From Candidatus Eiseniibacteriota bacterium (lineage in GTDB: Bacteria; Eisenbacteria; RBG-16-71-46), in the NCBI GenBank assembly GCA_044223005.1, contig JBGAML010000006.1:195827-259826 (forward strand): a stretch of 64,000 bases of DNA, written 5' to 3'. The position numbers and the translations under genes were made by a program. Below are positions 1 to 12,070 of this stretch, one piece after another (the first letter of the stretch is position 1; every line of letters begins with the position of its first letter). The notes beneath the pieces are model-generated. The model did no database searches, was not told the origin of the DNA, and was given only the letters and a program-made list of their open reading frames with translations.

Positions 1-2
1 CG

Positions 3-860
3 TCCGTCACGGGGGCGGATGCGCTCGACCTGCGGGGCTCCGGCGAGTGGCTCTCGACGCCCGGCTCGAGCGACCCCTTCCTGCTCGCGCATCGCGCCAG
101 CTCGGTGGGCGCGGGCTGGAGCCACATGGGACTGTTCGGCCCGGACCTCGACCTGCGCTACGACCTGGTCGCGCGCGCGTTCCCTGATTCGCAGCCGCGG
201 GATCACTTCGAGCACCAGGCCGCCCTCGGCCTGCACCAGGATTTCTCGGGCGGGCACGCCGCTGAGCTCGACGCCGAGCTCGACCGGCGCGTCACCCAGC
301 ACGTGGTCGGGAGCTCCCGCGACCGCTTCCTCGAAGGCCGCGCGGCCGCGCGGGGCGTGGTCCGCCTCGGGGACGCGTGGTCGATCCGCGGGGGCGTCGA
401 GGCCGAGCTGGTGCGCTACGACGCCCCGGACTCCGTGCTCGATTTCGACTACCACGTCGAGCGCGCGCACCTGACCCTGCGGCGCGAGGTCGGCCTCGGC
501 TTCTCGGCGGGCATCGGGCCGCGGGCCGAATGGCTGGGCGCGCCCTGGAATGCCGCGGAGCGCTACCACGAGTACGGCGGGGCGATCGCGCTCGAGCTGC
601 TCTCGGCGTCGCACTGGTGGTCGCTCGAGCCCTCGGCCGGCTGGCGCGGGTATGCGCTGTCCGAATCCGGCGGCACGGGCGAGGACGTGGCGCTGCATTC
701 CTCGTACGCCTTCCTGGACCTGCAGGCGATGGGGGACCAGGCGCTGCCGGGCCGGCTCAAGGCCCGCGTGATGCTGGCCGCGCGGCTCGAGAAGCACCGC
801 GATGCCGCACAGGACGCGCGCAGCCTTTACTTCTCGTTCGACCTCCGTAGACTGTTCTGA
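3..860 (+). CDS. Partial (5'-truncated) putative outer-membrane beta-barrel protein
   Basis: The frame of ORF 105..860 is open back to the window edge. It has alternating polar/hydrophobic strands and ends ...LYFSFDLRRLF with a terminal Phe typical of the BAM beta-signal. Confidence 0.55.
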   Translation, partial: SVTGADALDLRGSGEWLSTPGSSDPFLLAHRASSVGAGWSHMGLFGPDLDLRYDLVARAFPDSQPRDHFEHQAALGLHQDFSGGHAAELDAELDRRVTQHVVGSSRDRFLEGRAAARGVVRLGDAWSIRGGVEAELVRYDAPDSVLDFDYHVERAHLTLRREVGLGFSAGIGPRAEWLGAPWNAAERYHEYGGAIALELLSASHWWSLEPSAGWRGYALSESGGTGEDVALHSSYAFLDLQAMGDQALPGRLKARVMLAARLEKHRDAAQDARSLYFSFDLRRLF

Positions 861-887
861 TTCCGGCTTCGGCCACGGAGGGTTCGC

Positions 888-2615
888 ATGTCGCCTCGCG
901 TTCGCGTGTTCCTGATCGTCCTCGTTCTCGTGGTGCTCGGCGCCACGGGGCTCTCGCTCGTGATGCGCGCGCATCGCGGCTCGCACGCGACGGCCCGCAA
1001 CAACGTGCTCGTCTGGGATGTGCCGGGCGATCTCGACGACGCGCCCCCGCGCACGTCGGCGTTCTCGTTCGCGGCGTTCCGGCGGATCTACCCGAGCCTC
1101 TGGGAAGTGCGCGACGCCCTGCACCGCGCGGCCGACGACGACGGCATTCGTGCGCTCGTGCTGCACGTGGGCGACGTGCAGTGGGGCTGGGCGCGCCTCG
1201 CCGAGGTGCGCGACGCGATCGCGGAGTTCCGCCGCGCGGGCAAGCCCGTCTACGTGAGCCTGCAGGGAGGTTCGGACCAGTCGTACCTGCTGGTCGCGGG
1301 CGCGGATCACGTGGCCATGCCGCCGACCACGAACCTCTTCCTCGACGGCCTCACGGCGTCGGCGATGTTCCTGAAGGGCACCTACGACAAGCTCGGGATC
1401 CGCCCGAACTTCGCGCACGTCGGCCAGTTCAAGTCGGCGGTCGAGCAGTACACGCGCACCGATCTCTCACCGGCCGCGCGCCAGGCGATGGAGGCGCTGC
1501 TCGACGACGAGTACGGCCTGCTGGTGGATTCGCTGGCCGCCGCGCGCCACCTGACGGCGGACGAGGTGCGGGCCCGCATCGACGAGGGGCCCTATACGGC
1601 CGCGGAGGCCGTGCGCGCGGGCCTCGTGGACACGCTGCTCGACGAGCGCGACCTGGATTCGCTGGCCGTGCGCGGGCGGGGGCACGAAGCGCTGGGCACG
1701 CGGACGATGGCGCAGTACCTCGAGGGGATCGAGGACTTCGAGACGGGGGACGAGATCGCCGTGATCTCGGCCGCCGGCACGATCGTGCCGGGCAAGAGCC
1801 GCGAGTCGGGCTGGTCGGGTGCCGACCTCGGCTCCGAGACGCTCGTGAACCAGCTCCGCGACGCGGCCGAGGACCACGACGTGAAGGCGATCGTGCTCTG
1901 GGTCGACAGCCCGGGGGGCTCGGGCGACGCCTCCGACGACGTGTGGCAGGAGGTGCGTCGCGTGCGCCGGACCAAGCCCGTCGTCGTGAGCATGTCCAAC
2001 CTCGCGGCCTCGGGCGGCTACTACATCGCCTGCGGTGCCGACGCGATCGTCGCGCAGCCGGGCACCATCACGGGCTCGATCGGCGTCTTCGGGGGCAAGC
2101 TCAACATCCTCGGGCTCTACCAGAAGCTCGGCCTGAACGTCGAGTCCGTCTCGCGCGGCCGGCACGCCGAGATGATGTCGTCCTTCAAGGACTTCTCGCC
2201 CGAGGAGGCCGAGCGTTTCCAGGCCCAGCTCGACGCGTTCTACCAGGTGTTCATCGGCCGCGTCGCGAGCGGACGCGGGCTCGCGACGGCCGCGGTGGAT
2301 TCGGTGGGGCAGGGGCGCGTGTGGTCGGGCACGGCCGCGCGCCGCTTCGGGCTCGTCGATTCGCTCGGGGGCATCGAGCTGGCGGTGTCGATCGCGCGCC
2401 AGCGCGCCCACGCCGACGACGACGTGCCGGCGCGGCTGTTCCCGCGCCCGAAGCACGTCTACTTCCGCCGCCTGCTCGACGACGTGCTCGACGAGGAGCA
2501 GGACCAGGCGAAGCTCGGCACGCTGCCGCCCGTCGTGTCGGCGTGGCTGCGGGCGTCGCGGTTCCCGACCGGGCAGGTGCTCGCGCTCCTGCCGTGGGAG
2601 ATCGACATCCGCTGA
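888..2615 (+). CDS. sppA: Signal peptide peptidase SppA, long (67K-type) form
   Basis: N-terminal TM helix, tandem S49 domains, GQFKSA (catalytic Lys), DSPGGS, AASGGY (catalytic Ser), TGSIGV, GRVWSG; SD GGAGG upstream. Confidence 0.93.
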   Translation: MSPRVRVFLIVLVLVVLGATGLSLVMRAHRGSHATARNNVLVWDVPGDLDDAPPRTSAFSFAAFRRIYPSLWEVRDALHRAADDDGIRALVLHVGDVQWGWARLAEVRDAIAEFRRAGKPVYVSLQGGSDQSYLLVAGADHVAMPPTTNLFLDGLTASAMFLKGTYDKLGIRPNFAHVGQFKSAVEQYTRTDLSPAARQAMEALLDDEYGLLVDSLAAARHLTADEVRARIDEGPYTAAEAVRAGLVDTLLDERDLDSLAVRGRGHEALGTRTMAQYLEGIEDFETGDEIAVISAAGTIVPGKSRESGWSGADLGSETLVNQLRDAAEDHDVKAIVLWVDSPGGSGDASDDVWQEVRRVRRTKPVVVSMSNLAASGGYYIACGADAIVAQPGTITGSIGVFGGKLNILGLYQKLGLNVESVSRGRHAEMMSSFKDFSPEEAERFQAQLDAFYQVFIGRVASGRGLATAAVDSVGQGRVWSGTAARRFGLVDSLGGIELAVSIARQRAHADDDVPARLFPRPKHVYFRRLLDDVLDEEQDQAKLGTLPPVVSAWLRASRFPTGQVLALLPWEIDIR

Positions 2616-2634
2616 GCGTGCGGTGGGCAAGCGA

Positions 2635-2667
2635 AAGGGCGCGTCCCGCGGAGCGGGGCGCGCCCTT
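2635..2667. terminator. Hairpin between convergent sppA and cytochrome c genes
   Basis: aagggcgcgtcccgc-gga-gcggggcgcgccctt inverted repeat. Confidence 0.6.
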
Positions 2668-2688
2668 CGTGCGTCCGGACGTGTGCGG

Positions 2689-3072
2689 TCAGCGACCCGC
2701 GAGCACGTGGATGTAGGCGATCAGGTTCTCGATGTCCGCAGGCTTGACCTGGCCCGTCTTGCCCCACGCGACCATGCCCGAGGGCAGCTTGCCGTTGGTG
2801 ATGCAGTCGCGCATGTAGGCGTCCATGTTCTTGCGCTTGGGATCCGCCCACGTCTTCGGCGACTTCCAGTTCGGGGTCGGATTGCCGGTGAGCTTCACGC
2901 CGCCCGTGCCATCGGCCTTGTGGCAGGCGATGCACTTGACGTTGAAGATCGCCTTGCCGGCGGCGGCGTTGCCCTTGGCGGGAGCCGGAGCAGCGGTGGC
3001 GATCGCGGCGCCCAGCGTCGCGACCACGATCATCCCAACGGTCGCGGTGCGCAGGTTCATCGGGAAGGACAT
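2689..3072 (-). CDS. Exported monoheme class I cytochrome c
   Basis: Signal peptide, GKAIF followed by the CIACH heme motif, candidate distal Met in SGMVAW, typical C-terminal helix IENLIAYI. The start may be 3060. Confidence 0.88.
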   Translation of the reverse strand: MSFPMNLRTATVGMIVVATLGAAIATAAPAPAKGNAAAGKAIFNVKCIACHKADGTGGVKLTGNPTPNWKSPKTWADPKRKNMDAYMRDCITNGKLPSGMVAWGKTGQVKPADIENLIAYIHVLAGR

Positions 3073-3260
3073 GATGATGCGGGCTCCTTTCGAATCACGT
3101 GAGCGAGCCGGTGCGGGGAACCGGCGTGGGAGGGTCGCGCAAGGTAAGCGTCGGCGCGTTCCCCGTCAAAAGAACAAGACGCTCGTGCCGTCCCAACCGC
3201 ATGGGGGACGGTGAGGTGCCACCCTCGGATGCACCTTTCGACACATAGTTTCGGGTCTTC

Positions 3261-3290
3261 TTGACCCTGCTTGAGAGCGGGTGCTAGTTT
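3261..3290 (+). promoter_or_regulatory. Putative sigma70 promoter of the EF-G2 gene
   Basis: TTGACC-18 bp-TAGTTT with an extended -10 (TGC). Confidence 0.5.
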
Positions 3291-3391
3291 CCCAACTCAC
3301 TTGCAGTTACGCCCATTCGTGCTCGCGGGTCCGCGGACCGGCGAGCGTTATTGATTCCGCACTCATGCCCGCCCTCATCGGGAGGTGTCGT

Positions 3392-5488
3392 GTGAAAGAG
3401 TTTCCCACCACCCAGATCCGGAACGTCGCCCTCGTCGCCCACCACGGCGTCGGCAAGACGTCACTCGCCGAGGCCATGCTCTTCAACGCCAAGGCGACGA
3501 CGCGCCTGGGCCGGATCGCCGACGGCACGACGTTGCTCGATCACGCTCCGGACGAGGTTTCGCGCCAGATCACGATCGACCTGGGTCTCGCGCAGTTCGA
3601 GTGGCAGGGACACAAGGTGAACCTCCTCGACACGCCCGGTTACCCGGATTTCGTCGGCGACGTCTACAGCGCGCTGCGCGTGGCGGACGCCGCGGTGCTG
3701 CTGCTGCGCGGCAGCGCGGGCGTCGAGGTCGGCACCGAGGTCGTGTGGGAAGTGCTCAAGCAGGAGAAGTCGCCGATCCTCGTGGTCGTCAACATGATGG
3801 ACAAGGAGCACGCGAACTTCGCCGCCGCCGTCAGCAGCTGTCACGACCGGCTCGGCCTGAACGCGGTGCCCGTCCAGCTCCCGATCGGCGAGGCCGAGGA
3901 CTTCCACGGCATCATCGACCTGATCGAGAACAAGGCCTGGAAGTTCACGGGCAAGGGCATGGAGGAGAAGAGCGAGGCGATCGCGATTCCCGCCGAGCTC
4001 GCCGAGGCCGCCGCGGCCGCGCGCGCCACGCTGCTCGAGGAGGCCGCGACCGGTGACGAGCAACTCATGGAGAAGTTCCTCTCGACCGGTGACCTGACCG
4101 TCGAGGAGATCCGCAAGGGCCTCTGCGAGCGCGTCGAAGCCTGCGACCTCGCGCCGGTGTTCTGCTGCTCCGCGTACCACAACCTCGGCGTCAAGGAGCT
4201 GCTCGACGAGATCGTCGACGTGCTGCCCTCGCCGCTGGACGCGCACCCGCAGAAGGGCGAGGCGGGCTCGGGCGAGATCACGTGCAAGCCGGACGTGGCA
4301 GAGCCGGTGGCCGCCACCGTGTTCAAGACGCTGGCCGAGGCGCACCTCGGCGAGCTCTCGCTGATCCGCATCTGGTCGGGCAAGTTCGAGCCCGGCCGCG
4401 AACTCGTGAACACGTCGCGCGGCCGGCCCGAGAAGATCGGCAACCTCTACCACCTGACGGGCAAGGAGCGCTCGGACTGCAAGCTCGCCGTCGCGGGCGA
4501 CATCGTCGCGGCCGTGAAGCTGCGCGAGACGCACACGGGGGACACGCTGGCGGACAAGACCCGCCCGGTGAAGCTCTCGCCGCCGGACTTCCCGCTGCCC
4601 GTCGCCGCGGAGTGCATTCGCGCGAAGAACAAGGGCGACGAGGAGAAGATGGCGCAGGGCATTTCGCGCCTCCACGAGGAAGACCCCACGCTCCAGCGCC
4701 AGTACGAGGAGAGCACTCACGAGCATCTGGTGCTCGGCATGGGCGATCTGCACCTCGAGATCCTGGTCGAGCGCCTCAAGAAGCGCTTCGGCGTCGACGT
4801 GCTGCTCTCCAAGCCGCACGTGCCCTACCGCGAGACGATCAAGTCCAAGGCCCAGGACGAGTACCGCCACAAGAAGCAGTCGGGCGGGCGCGGGCAGTTC
4901 GGCGAAGTGCACCTGCGCGTCGAACCGTTGCCGCGCGGTGGCAAGTTCGAGTTCGCGGACGAGGTGAAGGGCGGCGTGATTCCCGGGCAGTACATCCCGG
5001 CCGTCGAGAAGGGCGTCGTCTCCGGCATGGAGAAGGGCCCGGTCGCCGGTTACCCCGTCGTCGACGTCAAGGTGGCCGTGTTCTTCGGCAAGTACCACGA
5101 CGTCGATTCGTCCGAAATGGCGTTCAAGATCGCGGCCGAGACCTGCTTCCACCAGGTCGTGCTCAAGGCGTCGCCGGTGCTGCTCGAGCCGTACAGCGAC
5201 ATCGTCGTCCGTGTGCCCGAGGAGTTCCTCGGCGACGTGATGGGCGACATGTCTTCGCGGCGCGGCAAGATCCTCGGCACCGAGGCCGACGGCCACTACC
5301 AGGTGATCAAGGCCAAGGCACCGGTCGCGGAGCTCTACAAGTACGCGACGCACCTGCGGTCGATCACGCAGGGCCGCGGCATGCACGGCGCCAAGTTCTC
5401 CCACTACGAAGAGGTGCCACGCGAACTCGCCGACAAGGTGATCGCGGCGGCCAAGGCGGAGCGGGAGGCGGGCGCCGCGCACGCCTGA
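3392..5488 (+). CDS. fusA: Elongation factor G paralogue (EF-G2 type)
   Basis: Five-domain EF-G layout: AHHGVGKT, RQITI, DTPGYPDF, EEDPT, GMGDLHLE, YRETI, KKQSGGRGQFG, HDVDSSEMAF, LLEP. GTG start after GGAGG. It is not in an rpsL-rpsG operon. Confidence 0.92.
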   Translation: MKEFPTTQIRNVALVAHHGVGKTSLAEAMLFNAKATTRLGRIADGTTLLDHAPDEVSRQITIDLGLAQFEWQGHKVNLLDTPGYPDFVGDVYSALRVADAAVLLLRGSAGVEVGTEVVWEVLKQEKSPILVVVNMMDKEHANFAAAVSSCHDRLGLNAVPVQLPIGEAEDFHGIIDLIENKAWKFTGKGMEEKSEAIAIPAELAEAAAAARATLLEEAATGDEQLMEKFLSTGDLTVEEIRKGLCERVEACDLAPVFCCSAYHNLGVKELLDEIVDVLPSPLDAHPQKGEAGSGEITCKPDVAEPVAATVFKTLAEAHLGELSLIRIWSGKFEPGRELVNTSRGRPEKIGNLYHLTGKERSDCKLAVAGDIVAAVKLRETHTGDTLADKTRPVKLSPPDFPLPVAAECIRAKNKGDEEKMAQGISRLHEEDPTLQRQYEESTHEHLVLGMGDLHLEILVERLKKRFGVDVLLSKPHVPYRETIKSKAQDEYRHKKQSGGRGQFGEVHLRVEPLPRGGKFEFADEVKGGVIPGQYIPAVEKGVVSGMEKGPVAGYPVVDVKVAVFFGKYHDVDSSEMAFKIAAETCFHQVVLKASPVLLEPYSDIVVRVPEEFLGDVMGDMSSRRGKILGTEADGHYQVIKAKAPVAELYKYATHLRSITQGRGMHGAKFSHYEEVPRELADKVIAAAKAEREAGAAHA

Positions 5489-5601
5489 CATGGAGGTCGT
5501 GTTCGAGGCCGGCGCCGGCGGCGCCAGCGGGTCGTGCGCGAAATTCACGTGTCGCGACGAACCGCTTGCGAAGCCGGCGCGCTAGCCTCAGCATCTCGCG
5601 C

Positions 5602-6138
5602 ATGCGCGTCCTGGGATTGGACCCTGGCAGCCGACGGACCGGCTTCGGCGTCGTCGAACGGAGCGGCAATCGCCTGCGCTGCGTCGAGCACGGCTGCGTG
5701 ACGCCGCCCGCGACCGCGCCGCTGGCGCAGCGGCTGCACTTCATCGCCCGCGAGGTGGGCGCGATCATGGAGCGCGTGGCGCCCGACGCGGTCGTGGTCG
5801 AGGAGGCCTTCTTCCGCGAGAACGTGCGCTCGGCGATGGTGCTGGGGCACGTGCGCGGCGCGCTGCTCGTGGCGGGCGTCGAGCGGAACCTCGAGGTGGT
5901 CGAGTACAGCCCGCGTGAGATCAAGCTGGGCGTGACCGGCAACGGCGGCGCCGCCAAGGAGCAGGTCGCGTTCATGGTGCGCCGGCTGCTCGCGCTCGAG
6001 GAACTGCCGGGCGCCGACGCGGCCGACGCGCTCGCCGGCGCGATCTGCCACCTGAACCGCTCGCGATTCGTGGCCCCGCGACGTACGGGCTCGGCGGCGA
6101 AGAAGCTCGAGGCCCTGCTCGCGAGGGCGGTGCGATGA
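5602..6138 (+). CDS. ruvC: Holliday junction resolvase RuvC
   Basis: MRVLGLDPG, VVVEEAF, EYSPREIK, KEQV, DAADALA; this is the 3' part of ORF 4282..6138. Confidence 0.95.
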   Translation: MRVLGLDPGSRRTGFGVVERSGNRLRCVEHGCVTPPATAPLAQRLHFIAREVGAIMERVAPDAVVVEEAFFRENVRSAMVLGHVRGALLVAGVERNLEVVEYSPREIKLGVTGNGGAAKEQVAFMVRRLLALEELPGADAADALAGAICHLNRSRFVAPRRTGSAAKKLEALLARAVR

Positions 6139-6767
6139 TCGCATCGGTGCGCGGACGTTTGCTCGAACGCAACGAGGGGGGCGTCGTCGTCGAGGCGGCG
6201 GGCGTGGGCTACCACGTGCACGTCTCCTCGCACACGCTCGCGGCGCTGCCGGCGGAGGGGCAGGAAGTGTTCCTGCGCACGCGACAGGTGGTGCGCGAGG
6301 ATGCACTCATGCTGTTCGGGTTCGCCGAGAGCGACGAGCTCAAGCTCTTCGACCTGCTGATCGGCGTGAGTGGCGTGGGCCCCAAGCTGGCCCTCGCGGC
6401 GCTCTCGGGCCTCAAGCCGGCGGCGCTGGGACGGGCGATCCGCGACGAGAACCTCGCGGCGATCGTCGCGGTGCCGGGCATCGGCAAGAAGACCGCCGAG
6501 CGGCTCGTGGTCGAGCTGCGCGACAAGGTCGACTTCCTGCCGATGGCGGCGGCTGCGCCCCCGGCGCGCGGTGCGCGCGACGGCGTGCTGCCGAAGGGCG
6601 AGCGGTTCGAGGACGCGGTCGCGGCGCTCGTCACGCTCGGCTGGAACACCGTCCAGGCGCAGGAGGCCGTGCGCAAGGCGGCCGACGAGGGCGCCGAGGC
6701 GACGACGGAACAACTGGTGAAGCGCGCGCTGGCCCGGCTCGGCCGCGCGGCGGTGACGCAGCGCTGA
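6135..6767 (+). CDS. ruvA: Holliday junction DNA-binding protein RuvA
   Basis: GVGY, VREDA..LFGF, two HhH motifs ([20 protein letters not shown]), C-terminal domain III; ATGA overlap with ruvC. Confidence 0.96.
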   Translation: MIASVRGRLLERNEGGVVVEAAGVGYHVHVSSHTLAALPAEGQEVFLRTRQVVREDALMLFGFAESDELKLFDLLIGVSGVGPKLALAALSGLKPAALGRAIRDENLAAIVAVPGIGKKTAERLVVELRDKVDFLPMAAAAPPARGARDGVLPKGERFEDAVAALVTLGWNTVQAQEAVRKAADEGAEATTEQLVKRALARLGRAAVTQR

Positions 6768-6792
6768 CGGCGCGGCCCATGAGGACACCCCG

Positions 6793-7872
6793 ATGAGCGA
6801 CAGCACCGGCAAGCGCCCCGCCGAACATCCGGCCCGCCTGGCCGATCCCGCACCGTTCCCGGAGGACGTGCGCGAGGAGAAGCGGCTGCGGCCGCTGGCG
6901 CTCGACGAGTTCGTCGGCCAGCCGCAGGTGCGCCAGCAGCTGGCGATCTTCCTCGAGGCTGCGAAGCGCCGCGGCGAGGCACTCGACCACGTGCTGTTCC
7001 ACGGACCGCCCGGGCTCGGCAAGACCACGCTCGCGTCGATCCTCGCACACGAGCTGGGCGTCGAGATCACGCACACGTCGGGACCGGTGATCGAGCGGCC
7101 GGGCGACCTCGCCGGCCTGCTCACGAACCTGGGGCCGCGCGGCATCCTGTTCGTGGACGAGATCCACCGCCTGAGCCCGGTCGTGGAGGAGTACCTCTAT
7201 TCGGCGCTCGAGGACTTCACGCTCGACATCCTCCTCGATCGTGGCCCCAGCGCTCGCTCGCTCAAGATCAACCTCGATCCGTTCACGCTGGTCGGCGCGA
7301 CCACGCGCTCGGGGCTGCTGTCGGCGCCCATGCGCGCACGCTTCGGCGTCACGATGCGCATGGACTTCTACGGCGCCGACGACCTCGCGCGCATCGTGCG
7401 CCGCTCGGCCGGGATCCTCGAGACGTCCCTCGACGACGACGCCGCGCTCGAGATCGCGCGCCGCTCGCGCGGCACGCCCCGAGTGGCGAACCGCCTGCTG
7501 CGACGCGTGCGCGACTTCGCGCTCATCAAGGCCAACGGGCATGTGACGCTCGGCGTCACCCGCGAGGCGCTGCGCCTGCTCGACGTGGACGAGCGCGGCC
7601 TCGACGAGATGGACCGGCGGCTGCTGGAGGCCCTGATCCACCGCTACGACGGCGGCCCCGTGGGCCTGCAGTCGGTCGCGGTCGTGCTCGGCGAGGACGT
7701 CACCACGCTCGAGGACGTCTACGAGCCCTTCCTCGTGCAGGAAGGCTTCGTCCGCCGCACCGCGCGCGGCCGCGAGGCCACGCGCATGGCGTACGAGCAC
7801 CTCGGCCTGCCGCTGCCCGCGCGCCTGGGTGGCGCCGCCGGGTCGGACCCGCCCGAGCTGCCGCTCGGCTGA
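6793..7872 (+). CDS. ruvB: Holliday junction branch-migration ATPase RuvB
   Basis: [47 protein letters not shown]. Confidence 0.97.
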   Translation: MSDSTGKRPAEHPARLADPAPFPEDVREEKRLRPLALDEFVGQPQVRQQLAIFLEAAKRRGEALDHVLFHGPPGLGKTTLASILAHELGVEITHTSGPVIERPGDLAGLLTNLGPRGILFVDEIHRLSPVVEEYLYSALEDFTLDILLDRGPSARSLKINLDPFTLVGATTRSGLLSAPMRARFGVTMRMDFYGADDLARIVRRSAGILETSLDDDAALEIARRSRGTPRVANRLLRRVRDFALIKANGHVTLGVTREALRLLDVDERGLDEMDRRLLEALIHRYDGGPVGLQSVAVVLGEDVTTLEDVYEPFLVQEGFVRRTARGREATRMAYEHLGLPLPARLGGAAGSDPPELPLG

Positions 7873-7885
7873 GCCGTCCGCGTCC

Positions 7886-8923
7886 GTGCGCCCCGACCTG
7901 CTCGACTACGAGCTGCCCGAGGAGCTGATCGCGCAGCACCCGGCCGCACGCCGCGAGGACGCGCGCCTGCTGGTGGTCGAGCGCGCCAGCGGCCGGCTGC
8001 ACGATCGCCGGATCGCCGACCTGCCCGACTGGCTGCACGCGCACGACGCGCTGGCGCTCAACGAGACGCGCGTACGCCCGGCCCGCCTCGACGTCCGGCG
8101 CGAGAGCGGTGGGCGCGTCGAGCTGCTGTTCGTGCGGCCGGAGCCGGGCGTGCCCGGCGAGGCCTGGCGCGTGCTCGCCAAGCCGGCCAAGCACGTCGCG
8201 CCCGGCGCGCACCTCGCCACCGCCGACGGTGCGCTCGAGCTCGTCGGCGTCGCCGCGGGCGAACAGGGCGAACGAGTCGTGCGCGTGGTCGCGGGCGATC
8301 TCGCCGCCACGCTGCGCGCGCAGGGCGCGATGCCGCTGCCGCCGTACATCCGCCGCGCGGCGGAGCCCGAGGACGCCGAGCGCTACCAGACCGTGTTCGC
8401 GCGCGTGGACGGCGCGGTCGCCTCGCCGACGGCGGGGCTGCACTTCAGCGATCCGCTGCTCGCGCGGCTGGCCGCGCAGGGCGTGGCGCACGCGCGGCTG
8501 CTGCTGCACGTGGGCCCGGGCACCTTCCGGCCGCTCACCGCCGACGACCCGAAGGACCACCGCATGGACGAGGAGTGGTTCGAGGTCGGCGAGGCCGCGG
8601 CGGCCACGCTCAACGGCGCGCGCGCCGCGGGCGGGCGGATCGTGGCGGTGGGCACGACGAGCGTGCGCGCGCTGGAGAGCGCGTGCGACGCGAGCGGTGG
8701 CGTGCTGGCGCCGGCGTCGGGGTGGACGCGCAAGTACATCCTGCCGCCCTATCGCTGGCAGGCGGTGGACGCGCTGATGACCAACTTCCACCTGCCGCGC
8801 ACCACGCTGCTGCTCCTCGTCGCGGCGTTCGCGGGCGAGGACCTGCTGCGCGAGGCCTACGCGCACGCCGTGCGGGAGCGCTACCGCTTCTACTCGTACG
8901 GCGACGCGATGCTCGTCGTCTGA
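7886..8923 (+). CDS. queA: S-adenosylmethionine:tRNA ribosyltransferase-isomerase QueA
   Basis: DYELPEELIAQHP, PLPPYIRR, YQTVFA, PTAGLHF, HVGPGTF, TNFHLP, YRFYSYGDAM. Confidence 0.96.
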   Translation: MRPDLLDYELPEELIAQHPAARREDARLLVVERASGRLHDRRIADLPDWLHAHDALALNETRVRPARLDVRRESGGRVELLFVRPEPGVPGEAWRVLAKPAKHVAPGAHLATADGALELVGVAAGEQGERVVRVVAGDLAATLRAQGAMPLPPYIRRAAEPEDAERYQTVFARVDGAVASPTAGLHFSDPLLARLAAQGVAHARLLLHVGPGTFRPLTADDPKDHRMDEEWFEVGEAAAATLNGARAAGGRIVAVGTTSVRALESACDASGGVLAPASGWTRKYILPPYRWQAVDALMTNFHLPRTTLLLLVAAFAGEDLLREAYAHAVRERYRFYSYGDAMLVV

Positions 8924-9014
8924 GCCCATCCGGGGCCCGGCCGCGGCCGGCGGCCCCCCGCGACGTTGCATCCTGCACGATCCGGCCCCCGGACCGGGGT
9001 GCGAGCGCGCGAAA

Positions 9015-9044
9015 ATGCCGGCGAACCCGTCGGTTCGCCGGCAT
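9015..9044. terminator. Perfect 13-bp hairpin between convergent queA and carboxylase genes
   Basis: atgccggcgaacc-cgtc-ggttcgccggcat. Confidence 0.55.
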
Positions 9045-9121
9045 CGGTTGCTACGCTTATGGGGACCGCCCGCCCGTTCCGCCGCGGCCCCGTGGGCCCC
9101 GGCGGCCGTCTCAGCGTCCCG

Positions 9122-10672
<1,551 letters not shown>

Positions 10673-10764
10673 GGACTCCTCCTCTCGCAGCACGCGATCG
10701 GCGCGAGCCTAGGCACGCGGTGTGGGCGGGTCAAGCACGCCGGCGCACGCCCGGAGGCCCGGCG

Positions 10765-12009
10765 ATGAACCCCTGGACGCTGCTCGGCCCGGCATTCGCC
10801 TCGCGGCTCGAGGCGCTGGCGCGGCCCCTCGCGCCCGCGGACGCGTTCGTGTTCCTCGTGCTCTTCTGTGCGCTCGTGGATTTCGCCAAGCTCCTGATCG
10901 AGCTGCTGGGCCGGTCGCATCGCCGGCCGTTCACGTCCGAGCCGGCCACGGTGACCGCGCTGATCGCGAGCCGCAACGGCGCGCACGTGCTGCCGGGCAC
11001 GCTCGCCGAGCTCGCCGGCCCGCTGACGGGCGGTCCCGCCGTCGTGGTGGACGACGCCAGCACGGACGGCACCGCCGACGTGGCGCGCGCGTTCGGGGCG
11101 GAGGTGCTCCGCTTCGACCGGGGCCGCGGCAAGGCCTCCGCGATCAACTTCGGCATCCACCGCGTGCGGACGCCACTCGTGCTGCTGCTCGACGACGACA
11201 CGCGCATGGGGGGCGCGCGGCTGCCGACGTCGCTGATCACGTCCGGCCTCGCGGACGCGGTGGCGTTCCACGTCCTGCCGGATCGGCGCAATCGCGACGG
11301 GGCGCGCGGCAACACGTTCCTCGGCGCGCTGCAGCGCTACGAGTACGGCAAGAGCATGGAGATCGGGAAACGCTTCCACGACGTGACGCACTCGGTGAGC
11401 TGCGTCTCGGGCGCTGTGGGGCTCTTCCGGACGCGCGACCTCGACGTGCTGCACCATCGCCACACGACCGTGTTCCAGGGCGAGGACCTGCAGCGGAGCA
11501 TGATCCACTTGCTCTCGGGGCGCCGCATCGCGTTCGCCGACGAGCCCGTCTGGACGGTGGCGCCCTCGACGTGGGCCGCGTGGTTCCGCCAGCGGCTGTT
11601 CGGCTGGTACCCGGGGCTCTACCACCAGTTCGGCAACATGCTCCGGCTGCTGTTCGCACCCGGCACGAGCTGGCGCCTGCGCTACGAGATGGCCTACAAC
11701 GCGTGGACGGTCGCCACCGATCCGCTGCGGACGTGGTCCATGGTGGCGATCGCCGCGACGCCGGCCCTGCGCCCGTGGGCGCTGGTGATCTACGTCACGT
11801 ACCTCGCGTTCGAGCTCTTCCCCTGGTGGGTGACGCGCGAGCCCGGCTCGAACCGCCGCGCGCACCTCGGCGTGCTGCTCGCATTCCCGGTCTACGGCGC
11901 GATCAACACCGTCCTGCGCACGGCGGCGTTCGTCGCCTGGGCGTGGATGCGCTGGGTGAGCGGCAGCATGCGACCCCGCCGCGGCCCACTCGACCGCGTC
12001 GCGACCTGA
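10765..12009 (+). CDS. Membrane-embedded processive glycosyltransferase family 2 (HasA/NodC/PgaC-like)
   Basis: DDASTD, GKASAIN, LLDDDT, CVSGAVGLFR, GED, QRLFGW (variant of QxxRW); one N-terminal and several C-terminal TM helices. Confidence 0.85.
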   Translation: MNPWTLLGPAFASRLEALARPLAPADAFVFLVLFCALVDFAKLLIELLGRSHRRPFTSEPATVTALIASRNGAHVLPGTLAELAGPLTGGPAVVVDDASTDGTADVARAFGAEVLRFDRGRGKASAINFGIHRVRTPLVLLLDDDTRMGGARLPTSLITSGLADAVAFHVLPDRRNRDGARGNTFLGALQRYEYGKSMEIGKRFHDVTHSVSCVSGAVGLFRTRDLDVLHHRHTTVFQGEDLQRSMIHLLSGRRIAFADEPVWTVAPSTWAAWFRQRLFGWYPGLYHQFGNMLRLLFAPGTSWRLRYEMAYNAWTVATDPLRTWSMVAIAATPALRPWALVIYVTYLAFELFPWWVTREPGSNRRAHLGVLLAFPVYGAINTVLRTAAFVAWAWMRWVSGSMRPRRGPLDRVAT

Positions 12010-12070
12010 GCCGATCGCCGCGCCGTACCGAAGCGCGCACCGGCCCATGCCGCGGCCGGTGCGCCCCTCG

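Noticed and set aside
4282..5601. Long N-terminal extension of RuvC (similarly for SerA, PurA, CcoS and CcoH ORF calls)
   Set aside because: These are off-frame overlaps with upstream genes; family motifs begin at the downstream starts given in the features.
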